DNA of 64,000 nucleotides, taken from the NCBI GenBank assembly GCA_964397295.1, contig CAYNJG010000004.1, positions 8,302-72,301 on the forward strand, in the 5' to 3' direction. Each line of letters starts with the position of its first letter. Within the stretch, counting starts at the first letter, position 1. The notes beneath the pieces are model-generated. The model did no database searches. It worked only from the letters and a program-made list of their open reading frames with translations, and was not told the DNA's origin. The translations under genes and the position numbers were made by a program. This DNA is from an uncultured Pirellulaceae bacterium. Its GTDB lineage: Bacteria > Planctomycetota > Planctomycetia > Pirellulales > Pirellulaceae. Positions 39,154 through 48,256 of this stretch are shown here, in pieces.

Positions 39154-40599
39154 CTATTCATCGCCGCTGCGGCCACGGCCACCACGTGCACCGCCAGCGC
39201 GAGGGCGGTTGAGTTTTGGTTTGGGTTTCTCAATGCCCAATTCGGCCTCGAGGGTGTCCGCCATGTCCGAAACCTTCCTTTGGAAGGTGCCGGTTCCTAG
39301 ATCCTCTTCGTCTGCCAAAGTTAGTAGTTCTTTAATCTGGCCGTCGAGGTCTTTCAGATCTTGATCTTCTGGCACAAGTGCGACGAATTTCTTAACTCCT
39401 TTATCGACGCAGCCCAATCGGTACTTCAACTCGCGACGAGCCTCCGTGAGGAGAGGGTCTTCCTCTTCCTTTTCTTCTTCATCCTCTTCGGCACCACCGC
39501 CACCACCGTAGCCGTCGCCGCCGCCATAACCACCACCGTAGCCACCGCCGTATCCTCCTCCGTCACCACCACCACCGCCATAGCCACCACCGCCGCCGCC
39601 GCCATAGCCACCGCCATAACCGCCTCCGCCGCCGTAAGCGCCGCCACCTCCTTCGAAGGCGCCACCTCGCTCTTTATGACGGTTTAGCAATCGCGTGCTA
39701 ACTTCGCGGCAAACATAGGCTGTGGTGGTGCTGAAGCCTTTTGCAGTATGTCCGACATCTAAGCCGTCCGTTGACTTAATGTTGAGTTTGCCGAGTGCCT
39801 CGATCGCGGCACAACGCTTTGAAATCGATGCGTCTTTATCATGGATGGACTTGTCCATCATCTTGGCGATCGCATTGTCTTTTCCCGCCCAACCGAGTTC
39901 ACCCAGGATCTCAATCGCACGACGTTGCATCCAATCATGCCCCGATTTCGTTCGAGTCGTTGGGCATTCGGACTCGGCGATTTTGACGGCTGCACCAGCA
40001 AAAGTCGTAGCAGCCTTTGCTGGCATTCGCGAGCCAGCGCGGTGCAGCTTTGCGTGTCGAAGAACGCCGATTAACGCGGCAACTTGAACCGGATCACTGG
40101 TCGAGCTCATGCCTCGAAATAAGGTTCCGTATGTTTTCTTGTAAGGAACAGGTAACGTAGTTCTAGTTGCTTCTTTCTCGTTAAGCGAACCAATAAGTAG
40201 CATCGACGTATACTGTGCGGGATACGGATAGTTCTTTTTCGTGTCTGGCGTCGCGTTGGAGATACTTTTGCACCACGTGTGTAGGTCGTTGATCATCGAC
40301 GCATGGGTGCTTGGATTTTGCTTATAGGCGGCCTCGAGTTCACGCATGACTTGCGTCTTGACATTACCGAGTGTAAGCCCGTCGGAAACCTGCGGAGCCA
40401 TGGTGCTCGCCAAGAGTGACTTAACGTAATAGTTCATCGCCGCGGTTTTGTTGTACGCACTATCGCCCTTGATGAACTTTGCAGCTTCGCGTTGCGTGGC
40501 GTTTTTGGGTAGCGGTTTGATTCTCTTCTGCGCGGAACAAACTTGCGTTGTCGCGGCGATCAAAATGCAAACGCATGTGACGTGATAGAACCTTGTCAT
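39154..40599 (-). CDS. Secreted hypothetical protein with Gly/Tyr low-complexity region and acidic tract
   Basis: The start is taken at MTRFYHVTCVCILIAATTQVCSAQ (40599). It contains GGGGAYGGGGGYGGGYGGGGGGGYGGGGGDGGGYGGGYGGGYGGGDGYGGGGGAEEDEEEKEEED. The N-terminal part is helical-repeat-like. Confidence 0.6.
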   Translation of the reverse strand: MTRFYHVTCVCILIAATTQVCSAQKRIKPLPKNATQREAAKFIKGDSAYNKTAAMNYYVKSLLASTMAPQVSDGLTLGNVKTQVMRELEAAYKQNPSTHASMINDLHTWCKSISNATPDTKKNYPYPAQYTSMLLIGSLNEKEATRTTLPVPYKKTYGTLFRGMSSTSDPVQVAALIGVLRHAKLHRAGSRMPAKAATTFAGAAVKIAESECPTTRTKSGHDWMQRRAIEILGELGWAGKDNAIAKMMDKSIHDKDASISKRCAAIEALGKLNIKSTDGLDVGHTAKGFSTTTAYVCREVSTRLLNRHKERGGAFEGGGGAYGGGGGYGGGYGGGGGGGYGGGGGDGGGYGGGYGGGYGGGDGYGGGGGAEEDEEEKEEEDPLLTEARRELKYRLGCVDKGVKKFVALVPEDQDLKDLDGQIKELLTLADEEDLGTGTFQRKVSDMADTLEAELGIEKPKPKLNRPRAGGARGGRGRSGDE

Positions 40600-41143
40600 A
40601 CCCACTTCTCCTACACGAAATTGGTTGGATCCAAATTCTTGATTTTGGTGGCGTTTTGCACGCCGATTACCCATAAATACAGAGTAGTTGTTTCTCGAAG
40701 GAAATGTCAACTGCTGGGGAATTTACTGCGTTTTTTCAGCGGTTCGTCTTCTAAATTACTCGGATGTTCGATCACCGAAACGCCATCAATCCTCGAAGCC
40801 AAACGCGATTCTTACAATTGTTTGACATTCTGTCGCTGTAGCCGGTCGAGTTTGCCGAGTGTTCGGATCCGTTGTCACCGACTCGTTCTCGCGAACATCT
40901 GTTACGGAAAGATGTAGCGAATGTCTGTATGGCAAGAACAACTACGCTTAGCGAGTGCTTTGCCCGACTTGAGATACGGCGGTGGTTTCGCTCCTCAACG
41001 ATTGCGTGGTCAACGTGCGCGACCGAAGGGTCTTGGTTTGCCGTAATTGGCTGATAGTTAGCGTTCTTGACAGCCAAGCCGAAAACCTGATACCGTTTAA
41101 ACGCTCGAAGTCGCTCGACCAGCGGCTTCGATCCAGCATTGCT

Positions 41144-41216
41144 GGGGGATTAGCTCAGTTGGGAGAGCGTTTGGCTGGCAGCCAAAAGGTCGTCGGTTCG
41201 AACCCGTCATCCTCCA
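41144..41216 (+). tRNA. tRNA-Ala (anticodon GGC)
   Basis: Folded by hand. Acceptor GGGGGAT/ATCCTCC includes the G3:U70 alanine identity pair. D arm GCTC-AGTTGGGA-GAGC; anticodon arm TTTGG-CTGGCAG-CCAAA; T arm GTCGG-TTCGAAC-CCGTC with one U:U mismatch. CCA is not encoded. Confidence 0.9.
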
Positions 41217-41279
41217 CTTCTCGTAAGTCATTGTCAAAAGCCGCTTTGCGGTTCTCGGGTGTGACGCATTTTGATGAGC

Positions 41280-41303
41280 GCAAACCAGTACATACTGGTT
41301 TGC
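41280..41303. repeat. Perfect 11-bp inverted repeat with 2-nt spacer
   Basis: GCAAACCAGTA-CA-TACTGGTTTGC lies between the tRNA and the integrase remnant. Confidence 0.8.
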
Positions 41304-41313
41304 GGCTTTCAAC

Positions 41314-41607
41314 ATGAAAGTTCACACCATGCCACGTCTTGAAAAGTCTCTTCCGCGCCTGGGAATCCACAAGCCAAGCGGCCAGTTCTGCGTCGATCTA
41401 AGCGGCCGCTGCATCTACCTCGGTAAGACGAAGCGTATCGCCAAACAGAACTACGATATCGCCGTTGCCGAATGGCTGTCCAACGGTCGCCAACACCCCG
41501 TCGCCAAGTCCCAGCAAGTGACCGTCAATAAGGTGATCCTCGACTATGTGAAGTTCGCCAAGACGTACTACGTCAAGCGGGGCAAACTCACAAGCGAGTA
41601 CCTGTGA
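41314..41607 (+). pseudogene. Truncated tyrosine-recombinase (phage-type integrase) gene, N-terminal ~97 codons only
   Basis: MPRLEKSLPRLGIHKPSGQFCVDLSGRCIYLGKTKRIAKQNYDIAVAEWLSNGR.. resembles the N-terminal arm-binding region of planctomycetal site-specific integrases. No catalytic domain follows. It sits directly 3' of a tRNA. Confidence 0.6.
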
Positions 41608-41731
41608 CGCGGGTTGTCACATTGCCAGACAGAGTAAGAACAAGCTCTCTCGTTTCGACGCGAAAGGTTTCTGCACTATGTGGCACCTGCCACTCTGCAA
41701 AAGCGAAAGAGTTTTGGTCAGCACCGCTATT

Positions 41732-41756
41732 GGAGGGTCCCTCCACGGGGGCCCCC
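41732..41756 (-). terminator. GC-rich palindromes downstream of hsdR (candidate terminator)
   Basis: GGAGGGTCCCTCC and GGGGGCCCCC palindromes lie 40-65 nt 3' of the hsdR stop. There is no clear U-tract. Confidence 0.35.
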
Positions 41757-41796
41757 AAGGGATCTGAAAAGCGACACATTACCAACTGGACTGAAC

Positions 41797-44700
41797 TTAG
41801 ACCCAAGAATCACATAGTATGGCGGCTTGCTCCAAAACTAGCTTTACGGCTTCGTCTTGCAAGTCTGGCGGATACCCATGCTTCTTTAGAATCCGCCTTA
41901 CTATCACCCGGATCTTTGCACGTGCTGACTCTCGAAGCGTCCAGTCAATGGAGACATTGGCTCGGACCTTCATAACAAGCTCGGTAGCGATCACCTTTAG
42001 CTTGTCCTCGGTTAATGCTTCTACCGCTGTGTCGTGATTTGCCAGCGCGTCATAGAAGCAGACTTCATCATTGTTGAGGCCCAGCTGCTCACCACGAGCT
42101 TCAGAGGCTTGAATGTCTTTCGCCAATCTTATTAGCTCGTCGATGATCTCTTGTGTCGTTATGGCTCGGTTGTGGTAGGAGTTCAGCGTAGCCTGTAGCA
42201 TCTCGGCAAAGGATCGTCCTTGAACAATGTTCTTCTGCTTGCGGATCTTGATCTCATCGTTGAGCAATTTGCGAAGCAACTCTACCGCAACATTCTTGTA
42301 GGGCATGCTGCGTACTTCGTCGAGGAATTCATCCGATAAGATAGAAATGTCAGGGCGTTCAACTCCGGCGGCGGTGAATACATCGATCACCTCTTCGTCT
42401 GCCGAGATCACAGCTTTCGCGACCAGTTGCCGAACTGCGTAGTCCAGCTGGCTTGAAGACTTACCGTTGTCGGTGTACTTCCGAAACATGGTGCGGATGA
42501 TTTGGAAGAACGCCACATCTTCCTTGATCGATTCGGCATACTCTTCGGTCGGACATAGAGAAAACGCTTTGGATAAGTTGCCTACAATTGCGTTCCAACG
42601 TGCTTTGCCGTCTTGCTCGCCAAGGATGAAGTCTTGTCCCGCTTGAAGCAACGTGATTCGCTCGGCGGGAGTTCCGGTTGTCCATTTCGACCAATCGAAT
42701 CCATGCAGTATGTCGCGGCATTGCTCGTGGTGTTTACGCAGGGCTTCGAGAGCTGCCTCGGTATCAATGGTGGTCTGCCCCTGTCCGCCACTGTCCGTGT
42801 ACGTCTTCAGGGCTTTCTTTAGCGAATCGCCGATCCCAAGATAGTCGACGACCAATCCACCCGGCTTCTCTTTGAAGACACGATTCACACGAGCAATTGC
42901 TTGCATCAGACCATGGCCTTGCATCGGCTTGTCGATATACATCGTGTGCATCGACGGAGCATCAAAACCGGTCAACCACATATCGCGGACGATCACCAGT
43001 TTGAAGTCGCTGTCGGCTTTTTTGAAACGAGTCGCGAGTGCTTTGCGGCGATTCTTGCTGCGTGAATGCTGCTGCCATTCCGGTCCGTCATCCGCCGACC
43101 CTGTCATGATGATCTTTAACGCTCCCTTTTCGTCATCTTCATCGTGCCAATCGGGGCGAAGTCTAATCAGCTCGTTGTACAGGTCCACACAAATACGGCG
43201 GCTCATGCAGACGATCATGCCCTTACCTTCGATGCCTTCCGCCTCCATTGCATCGCATCGCTTTTCGAAGTGATCGACCAGATCCTTAGTCATCACTTCT
43301 AGTCGATTGTCATCGCCAACCATCGCTTCAAGCGCTGCCCACTTGGCTTTTACCTTGGTGCGTACCGTTTCTTCGGCACCCTCGGTGACTTCTTCAAACT
43401 CCTCGTCGATCGTCTCAATGCTGGAATCATCCAACGCCATCTTGATCACGCGACTCTCGTAGTAGATCGGAACGGTCGCTTTGTCATCGACAGCTCGCTG
43501 GATGTCGTAGACGCTGATGTAGCCTCCGAAGACGGCTCGGGTGTTCTTGTCGTCAAGCTCGACCGGTGTCCCAGTGAAACCAATGAACGACGCATTGGGT
43601 AAGCCATCGCGGATATTACGAGCGAATCCATACGCGATCGTCTCTTCGCCCGTTTCCTTGTTCTTCTTTTTGCGAGCCGTAAAGCCGTATTGGCTTCGGT
43701 GGGCCTCGTCTGCCATGACGACAACGTTTTTGCGATCAGTCAGGACGGGAAACTGCCCTTCCGCTTCCGCGAACTTGTGGACGGTCGTGAAGATGACACC
43801 ACCAGAATTGACTTGAAGCAGCTCACGCAAGTGGTCTACCGAATCAGCTTGAATCGGAGTCTGCCGTAGGATCTCACTGCAGCGTTGAAACTGGCCGAAC
43901 AGTTGATCGTCCAAGTCATTGCGGTCGGTCAGTACAACCAACGTTGGATTGTTCATCGCTGGTGAGGAAATCACGAGACCCGAATAGAAGAGCATCGTGA
44001 AGCTTTTGCCGCTGCCTTGCGTATGCCAGACAACACCGACCCTTCGGTCACCTTCTTCTTGTGTCGCTTCGATAGTGCGTTGAAGCGCTTGTCGAGCTGC
44101 GTGGAACTGATGGTAACCGGCAAGAATCTTGTAGACGCGATCGCTGTCTGTATCGTCCTCGAACAACACAAAGCTCTGTAGCATATCGAGGAAGCGTTGC
44201 TTGTCGAATACGCCCCGAATCAGCGTTTCCAATTCGAGAATACTGGCGACCGGTTCTTCGGTATCGATCGTCGGCCAAGTTTTGAACCACTCTGGCCCGG
44301 CTGTGAGCGATCCAATCCTTGCCTTTTGACCATCGCTCGTAACGAGTACCTCGTTGTAGGTTAGCAGCGTTGGCAATTCCTTCTTGTACGTTTGCAACTG
44401 CTTGAACGCTTTTTCGACCGTAGCCGTTTCATCGCCGATATTCTTTAGCTCAATCAGCGCCAACGGCAAGCCGTTTACAAACACGACGACATCAGCCCTT
44501 CGCTCGTTTCGTCCCTCTTTTACCGTGAACTGATTCAACGCAAGCCATTCATTGTTCTCTGGTTGGTCGTAGTCGATGAGTTTTGCGATCTGACCGCTGA
44601 TCGTGCCATCGTCACGTTTGACTTCGACAGGTACACCATCACGCAACAGCTTGTGAAAGTTACGATTGGCGGCAATCAATGACGGTGAGTCGATGCGCAA

Positions 44701-44919
44701 CACTTGCCGCATCGCTTCGTCGATATCGTCCGACCCGAGTTGCGGGTTCAAACGTCTAAGAGCGGTTTCCAAACGCTCAATCAAAACAACGTCGTTAAAC
44801 GAGTCTCGTTCTGCGTTGTCGCCGGAAGGTGCGATCTCGGGGCCATAGAGCGTCTCGTATCCTAGTTCCTCGAACCAAGACAACGCGGCTTCTTCGACGG
44901 TGGCTTCGTTAATCGTCAT
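41797..44919 (-). CDS. hsdR: Type I restriction enzyme R subunit
   Basis: The start is taken at [22 protein letters not shown] (44919). Walker [14 protein letters not shown] box [11 protein letters not shown], motif FTGTP and a long C-terminal helical domain typical of HsdR. Confidence 0.95.
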   Translation of the reverse strand: MTINEATVEEAALSWFEELGYETLYGPEIAPSGDNAERDSFNDVVLIERLETALRRLNPQLGSDDIDEAMRQVLRIDSPSLIAANRNFHKLLRDGVPVEVKRDDGTISGQIAKLIDYDQPENNEWLALNQFTVKEGRNERRADVVVFVNGLPLALIELKNIGDETATVEKAFKQLQTYKKELPTLLTYNEVLVTSDGQKARIGSLTAGPEWFKTWPTIDTEEPVASILELETLIRGVFDKQRFLDMLQSFVLFEDDTDSDRVYKILAGYHQFHAARQALQRTIEATQEEGDRRVGVVWHTQGSGKSFTMLFYSGLVISSPAMNNPTLVVLTDRNDLDDQLFGQFQRCSEILRQTPIQADSVDHLRELLQVNSGGVIFTTVHKFAEAEGQFPVLTDRKNVVVMADEAHRSQYGFTARKKKNKETGEETIAYGFARNIRDGLPNASFIGFTGTPVELDDKNTRAVFGGYISVYDIQRAVDDKATVPIYYESRVIKMALDDSSIETIDEEFEEVTEGAEETVRTKVKAKWAALEAMVGDDNRLEVMTKDLVDHFEKRCDAMEAEGIEGKGMIVCMSRRICVDLYNELIRLRPDWHDEDDEKGALKIIMTGSADDGPEWQQHSRSKNRRKALATRFKKADSDFKLVIVRDMWLTGFDAPSMHTMYIDKPMQGHGLMQAIARVNRVFKEKPGGLVVDYLGIGDSLKKALKTYTDSGGQGQTTIDTEAALEALRKHHEQCRDILHGFDWSKWTTGTPAERITLLQAGQDFILGEQDGKARWNAIVGNLSKAFSLCPTEEYAESIKEDVAFFQIIRTMFRKYTDNGKSSSQLDYAVRQLVAKAVISADEEVIDVFTAAGVERPDISILSDEFLDEVRSMPYKNVAVELLRKLLNDEIKIRKQKNIVQGRSFAEMLQATLNSYHNRAITTQEIIDELIRLAKDIQASEARGEQLGLNNDEVCFYDALANHDTAVEALTEDKLKVIATELVMKVRANVSIDWTLRESARAKIRVIVRRILKKHGYPPDLQDEAVKLVLEQAAILCDSWV

Positions 44920-45845
44920 CAATCTAGCTCCGTTGTGTCTTCTTCGGACGCTGCCGATTGTCGATAGTCGAGCCCCGCATCTTGCCAATCTGCATAAGTC
45001 CTGCCGTCCGAAAGCTTCCATCGCAACCGACCGTTGCTATTTCGTCCGGCGACGACGGCCGCTGCAGCGCTTGGACTGCTAAAGGGTATGTCTTCGACGA
45101 AAACCAAATACTCAGGGTCATCGCTATCAACGAGCTTCTCATCGGCAACCAGTTGCTCGCGAAGTTTTCGATACGAGGTCCAGGAATCAACTCCTGCTTT
45201 CTGGCTGTACTTCCTTTCAGAACGACAAACTCATCGTCCATCAATACCGCGTTCGCATCTGCCCCAGCTACATGACATTCGAAAACTGGACTGGTCGATT
45301 CTGTTGACTTTTCGCTGGTCGAAATCATTGGTCGCGGATTCAGGAATTGGTGTCCAAGTACAGGCAAGATCATTTGAACCTGACTAAGAAAGAACTCCAT
45401 ATCAGCGACATCTGGCTCAGGGAGAGGTGGGGGAGAATGAGCTGTTCCATTTGCAATGGAGGCTCGGCTTCGCTGTGTTGCACAGATTGATCAGTCGGCT
45501 TTCCAAGTATCGAACGTGGGACTTCGTGAGATTGTCGTCCTTGCTGGTAATCAGAATAACACGCGTGAAGAAGTCTTTCGCTTCGTCGCTATCGTGCTTC
45601 TTGATGCGAGTGAAAACGTTGTCGCCCTCACCAATGTAAACGCGATCTTGTGAGGGCGATTCTGGATCAGAGCCGATTAACAGATAAATGCCAGTGCGTT
45701 TCGCTTCGTCGCGTTTGCCGAGTTCGGCAAGTCGTGACCTTGGCGCAACTACGACCTTGCCCGTCCAGTTGATGATTTCGGCCGTCAGGATGCCACTAGG
45801 CACGCCATCGGCGAGGTACAGTCGAATCGTCTTACCCGTCATCAT
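44919..45845 (-). pseudogene. GIY-YIG nuclease / DUF4357 accessory gene, disrupted by two frameshifts
   Basis: Three ORF-track pieces (45417-45881, 44924-45400, 44919-45107) join into one protein when the frame is shifted near 45468 and near 45190. GIYLLIG..VYIGEGDNV lies N-terminally and [28 protein letters not shown]-terminally. Confidence 0.8.
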
Positions 45846-46092
45846 GGCAATCTCCCGTTGTCTTGTCTGTGTCCCGTTCATGGCCCCTTTCTGTTAGCAC
45901 ATAACGGACTCCAACGCCGGTCGTCCCGTGCTTGTCGAAGATGCCTTTTTCCACAAGTTCTGACAGCTTCTCGAATTGGAACACCGTGAAGAACTGCGAC
46001 AGCAGCGGATCGCTGCTCACGTAATCTTTGACGCGATTACGGAACTCCTGAAGTTCCTTCTGAACGCTGCTGATGAAGATCTGCCGACTCAT
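45832..46092 (-). pseudogene. Collapsed remnant of a DUF4062-type ATP-binding/wHTH accessory gene
   Basis: MSRQIFISSVQKELQEFRNRVKDYVSSDPLLSQFFTVFQFE (DUF4062-like N-terminus) runs directly into ..LVEKGIFDKHGTTGVGVRYVL (C-terminal wHTH-like tail). The several-hundred-aa middle expected for such proteins is missing. Confidence 0.5.
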
Positions 46093-46314
46093 GGTGTTAA
46101 TCTGGTGAACCTTCGTTCTGTCCCGTGTCTCCAACTGCTGGCATGTGTCCAATGAAACACGAACTTCCCCCAAGATTCACGCTCGATCCGAATTACGTCG
46201 ATATTGCGGGCTGTGTTAATTTAAAAAACAGGGTTGGCAACCTATACGCTTGATTGTTAGGCTCCCGTGACCGATACTTGAAACAACTCATCTGCCATGT
46301 GTAGAAGGAGTACC

Positions 46315-46338
46315 GAAGCCGTCCCTTGGGGCGGCTTC
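46315..46338 (-). terminator. GC-rich hairpin immediately 3' of the 166-aa gene
   Basis: GAAGCCGTCCC-TT-GGGGCGGCTTC starts 7 nt after the stop at 46345. No U-tract. Confidence 0.45.
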
Positions 46339-46344
46339 AGCTGT

Positions 46345-46845
46345 TTACGGGGTGTATTCATCTCTTTCTTTTCGCAGTTTTCTCTTCCGAGACTCCTCGG
46401 GTGTGCAGTACGCGGTTATGAACTGCAGGTATTGAAATCCATCACGTTGTCTGGTCCGTTCGGCTAGCACCACAAGATATCTTTCGGCAAACCAAAACAG
46501 AACGTGTGTGTTCCGTCCTCTCTGGTTCTTCCACACGTTGATCTCACCAGCAACGCCTGCATTGTCGATAATTGCTCTTGGCCAAAGGATGCGTTCGCAC
46601 CGTCTCATTTCCGGCGTGCGTTCTTCTTCGTTTGGCCCTTCAGACATGCAATGCCAAAACCCTGCGAACTTCCCGTCGTACATTGGATCGCGACGACAAC
46701 GGATCCATTTACCTTCAAATTGTGGTTGGCTGTCAATCATGCTGTTTTTGAATGCATCGTAAATAGCAGCTAAATAAAGCGCCCAATCTCCGTCGAAGTC
46801 TTCGAGTGTGATTAACTCAGGCAACCATGTGTTGTCGTCACTCAT
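46345..46845 (-). CDS. Hypothetical 166-aa protein, partner of the DUF3800 gene
   Basis: The start is taken at MSDDNTWLPELI (46845), 8 nt after the DUF3800 stop. No motif recognised. Cys/His/Trp-rich patches (FWHCMSEG, RRCERILWPR). Confidence 0.6.
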   Translation of the reverse strand: MSDDNTWLPELITLEDFDGDWALYLAAIYDAFKNSMIDSQPQFEGKWIRCRRDPMYDGKFAGFWHCMSEGPNEEERTPEMRRCERILWPRAIIDNAGVAGEINVWKNQRGRNTHVLFWFAERYLVVLAERTRQRDGFQYLQFITAYCTPEESRKRKLRKERDEYTP

Positions 46846-46853
46846 GGGAAGCC

Positions 46854-47552
46854 TCAGCGCGATTGCCAGACGAGGAGGTTGAGTTTTGGCTCTCGAAGCC
46901 ACGTTGATCGTTGCAGCGAAAAGCCCGTCCGCTCTCGAACCCTTTCTATGAGCGCCAATTTTGCCGCGCTTGTTTGCAGTCCGCGATTGGAATACGTAAC
47001 AGCCCCAATTAGCAAGTCTGCCAACTGCATCAACTCCGATTCGTGAGATCGAATCTGCTGGACACGCCGGACAATGTTCCCATTGCCATCGTAGTTGGCA
47101 TCTCGAAGGACTTCCTCTAGTTTTTGGCGTTTCCCCTCGCTACGAGTGTCCTTGATGTCCAAATAGATCGAGTAGTGTTGCGTGGGGTCGATAATTGGCT
47201 CCAGCAGCGTGAAGCACATTTTGTAGTACCAATCGTCGTGCGTTTGGTGAAAGCGGTTGTGTTCCAACTGGGTCTTGTCGGGAACGACTATGCATCGAAA
47301 ATGCAAGTCGTCGTCATCAAGAAAGTAGTCAATGATCGCCCGGTAAAAGTCGAGTTTTGCTGGAGAAACTTTTGTCCATTTGAACTCGAATTGAGGTGAC
47401 AACCCATGAGACTTTTGTATGTCGCGAACTCGAATCGAGATCTCGCGAGCCTTCTCTTCGGGGCACCAAATAGCGCCCAGAGTCATGGGTTTGATTCTGT
47501 CGTGCTCCAAGTGACAACTTTCGTCGAGGTAGACATTAAACGACTCAGCCAT
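46854..47552 (-). CDS. DUF3800 domain protein
   Basis: 232 aa with an N-terminal FNVYLDESCH (DES motif) and a C-terminal ELMQLADLLIGAVTY (QxxD motif). These are the two signatures I associate with DUF3800. Confidence 0.7.
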   Translation of the reverse strand: MAESFNVYLDESCHLEHDRIKPMTLGAIWCPEEKAREISIRVRDIQKSHGLSPQFEFKWTKVSPAKLDFYRAIIDYFLDDDDLHFRCIVVPDKTQLEHNRFHQTHDDWYYKMCFTLLEPIIDPTQHYSIYLDIKDTRSEGKRQKLEEVLRDANYDGNGNIVRRVQQIRSHESELMQLADLLIGAVTYSNRGLQTSAAKLALIERVRERTGFSLQRSTWLREPKLNLLVWQSR

Positions 47553-47731
47553 TTGCGAGGGCCTCCGAGGTGACGGTGAGCAAATAAAATGCGAACGGTG
47601 AATGGTGAAGAGTGAAACTTTTCAACCTCATACGTTTACCCTTCTCTCTTCAACCTTCACCTTTTTTGTCTCGCCGGTTAGAAACTTAGCAATGAGCGTG
47701 TTGCGAATCAGCGGTAAGGAGACCATTTTCA

Positions 47732-48253
47732 TTACCCCCACACGATATAGGCTGGATTCACGGATCGCCCGCACTGCGTGCAGGTGGGTTCGCTGGCGGT
47801 GACGGTGCCTTTCTCGCAGTGGGGGCACAAGTCGTTGTCGAGTAGCCACATGACTTGATCTCCCATGCTGACGCCACATTCGGGGCAGGTTGGGTTGCGG
47901 TCTTTTGCATCCCAACGCCCCCAGCAGTCAGGGCAATGGTCGTGGGGGACGATGCTGAGCTGGCCGTGGACGACGTAGCGGTGCGGGGATGAGTCGCCCC
48001 AACATTGGCGCGCAGGCGATCCGCTATTGGTTGCGAGACCGGTTTGTAGCAGCGGTAGGCTCTTTTCTCGCTCCTCGTCGAAAACCTGAAGGCTGATGTC
48101 GAGCGTCAACGAATACGGCTCTCCAAGAATCCGACTGATTTCGGCCAGCTTGGCTTTGAGTTGATCGAGTGTTTCACCTTCGATCAACTCACTCACCTGC
48201 TCGGAAATGTCGTCGATGAGGGGATCGATTTGTTCAAACTCATTCTTTTCCAT
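47732..48253 (-). CDS. Double zinc-ribbon protein with acidic helical N-terminus
   Basis: 173 aa with CPDC-12aa-CPEC and CPHC-11aa-CTQC. The start lies 3 nt after the stop of the hsdS relic frame. Confidence 0.6.
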   Translation of the reverse strand: MEKNEFEQIDPLIDDISEQVSELIEGETLDQLKAKLAEISRILGEPYSLTLDISLQVFDEEREKSLPLLQTGLATNSGSPARQCWGDSSPHRYVVHGQLSIVPHDHCPDCWGRWDAKDRNPTCPECGVSMGDQVMWLLDNDLCPHCEKGTVTASEPTCTQCGRSVNPAYIVWG

Positions 48254-48256
48254 GTT

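Noticed and set aside
39480-39660. Tandem-repeat-like DNA that might be mistaken for a repeat array or CRISPR
   Set aside because: It consists of irregular 3-nt-periodic Gly/Tyr codon repeats inside a long ORF, with no spacer-repeat organisation. No CRISPR array was seen anywhere in the window.
40772-41077. 101-aa minus-strand ORF in the region upstream of the tRNA
   Set aside because: No motif, odd composition, and it overlaps several equally weak ORFs in other frames. Treated as non-coding.
41067-41095. Perfect TTGACA hexamer ~70 nt upstream of tRNA-Ala, as a possible promoter
   Set aside because: No convincing -10 hexamer lies at 16-18 nt spacing (best candidate is GATACC/ATACCG), so I do not call it.
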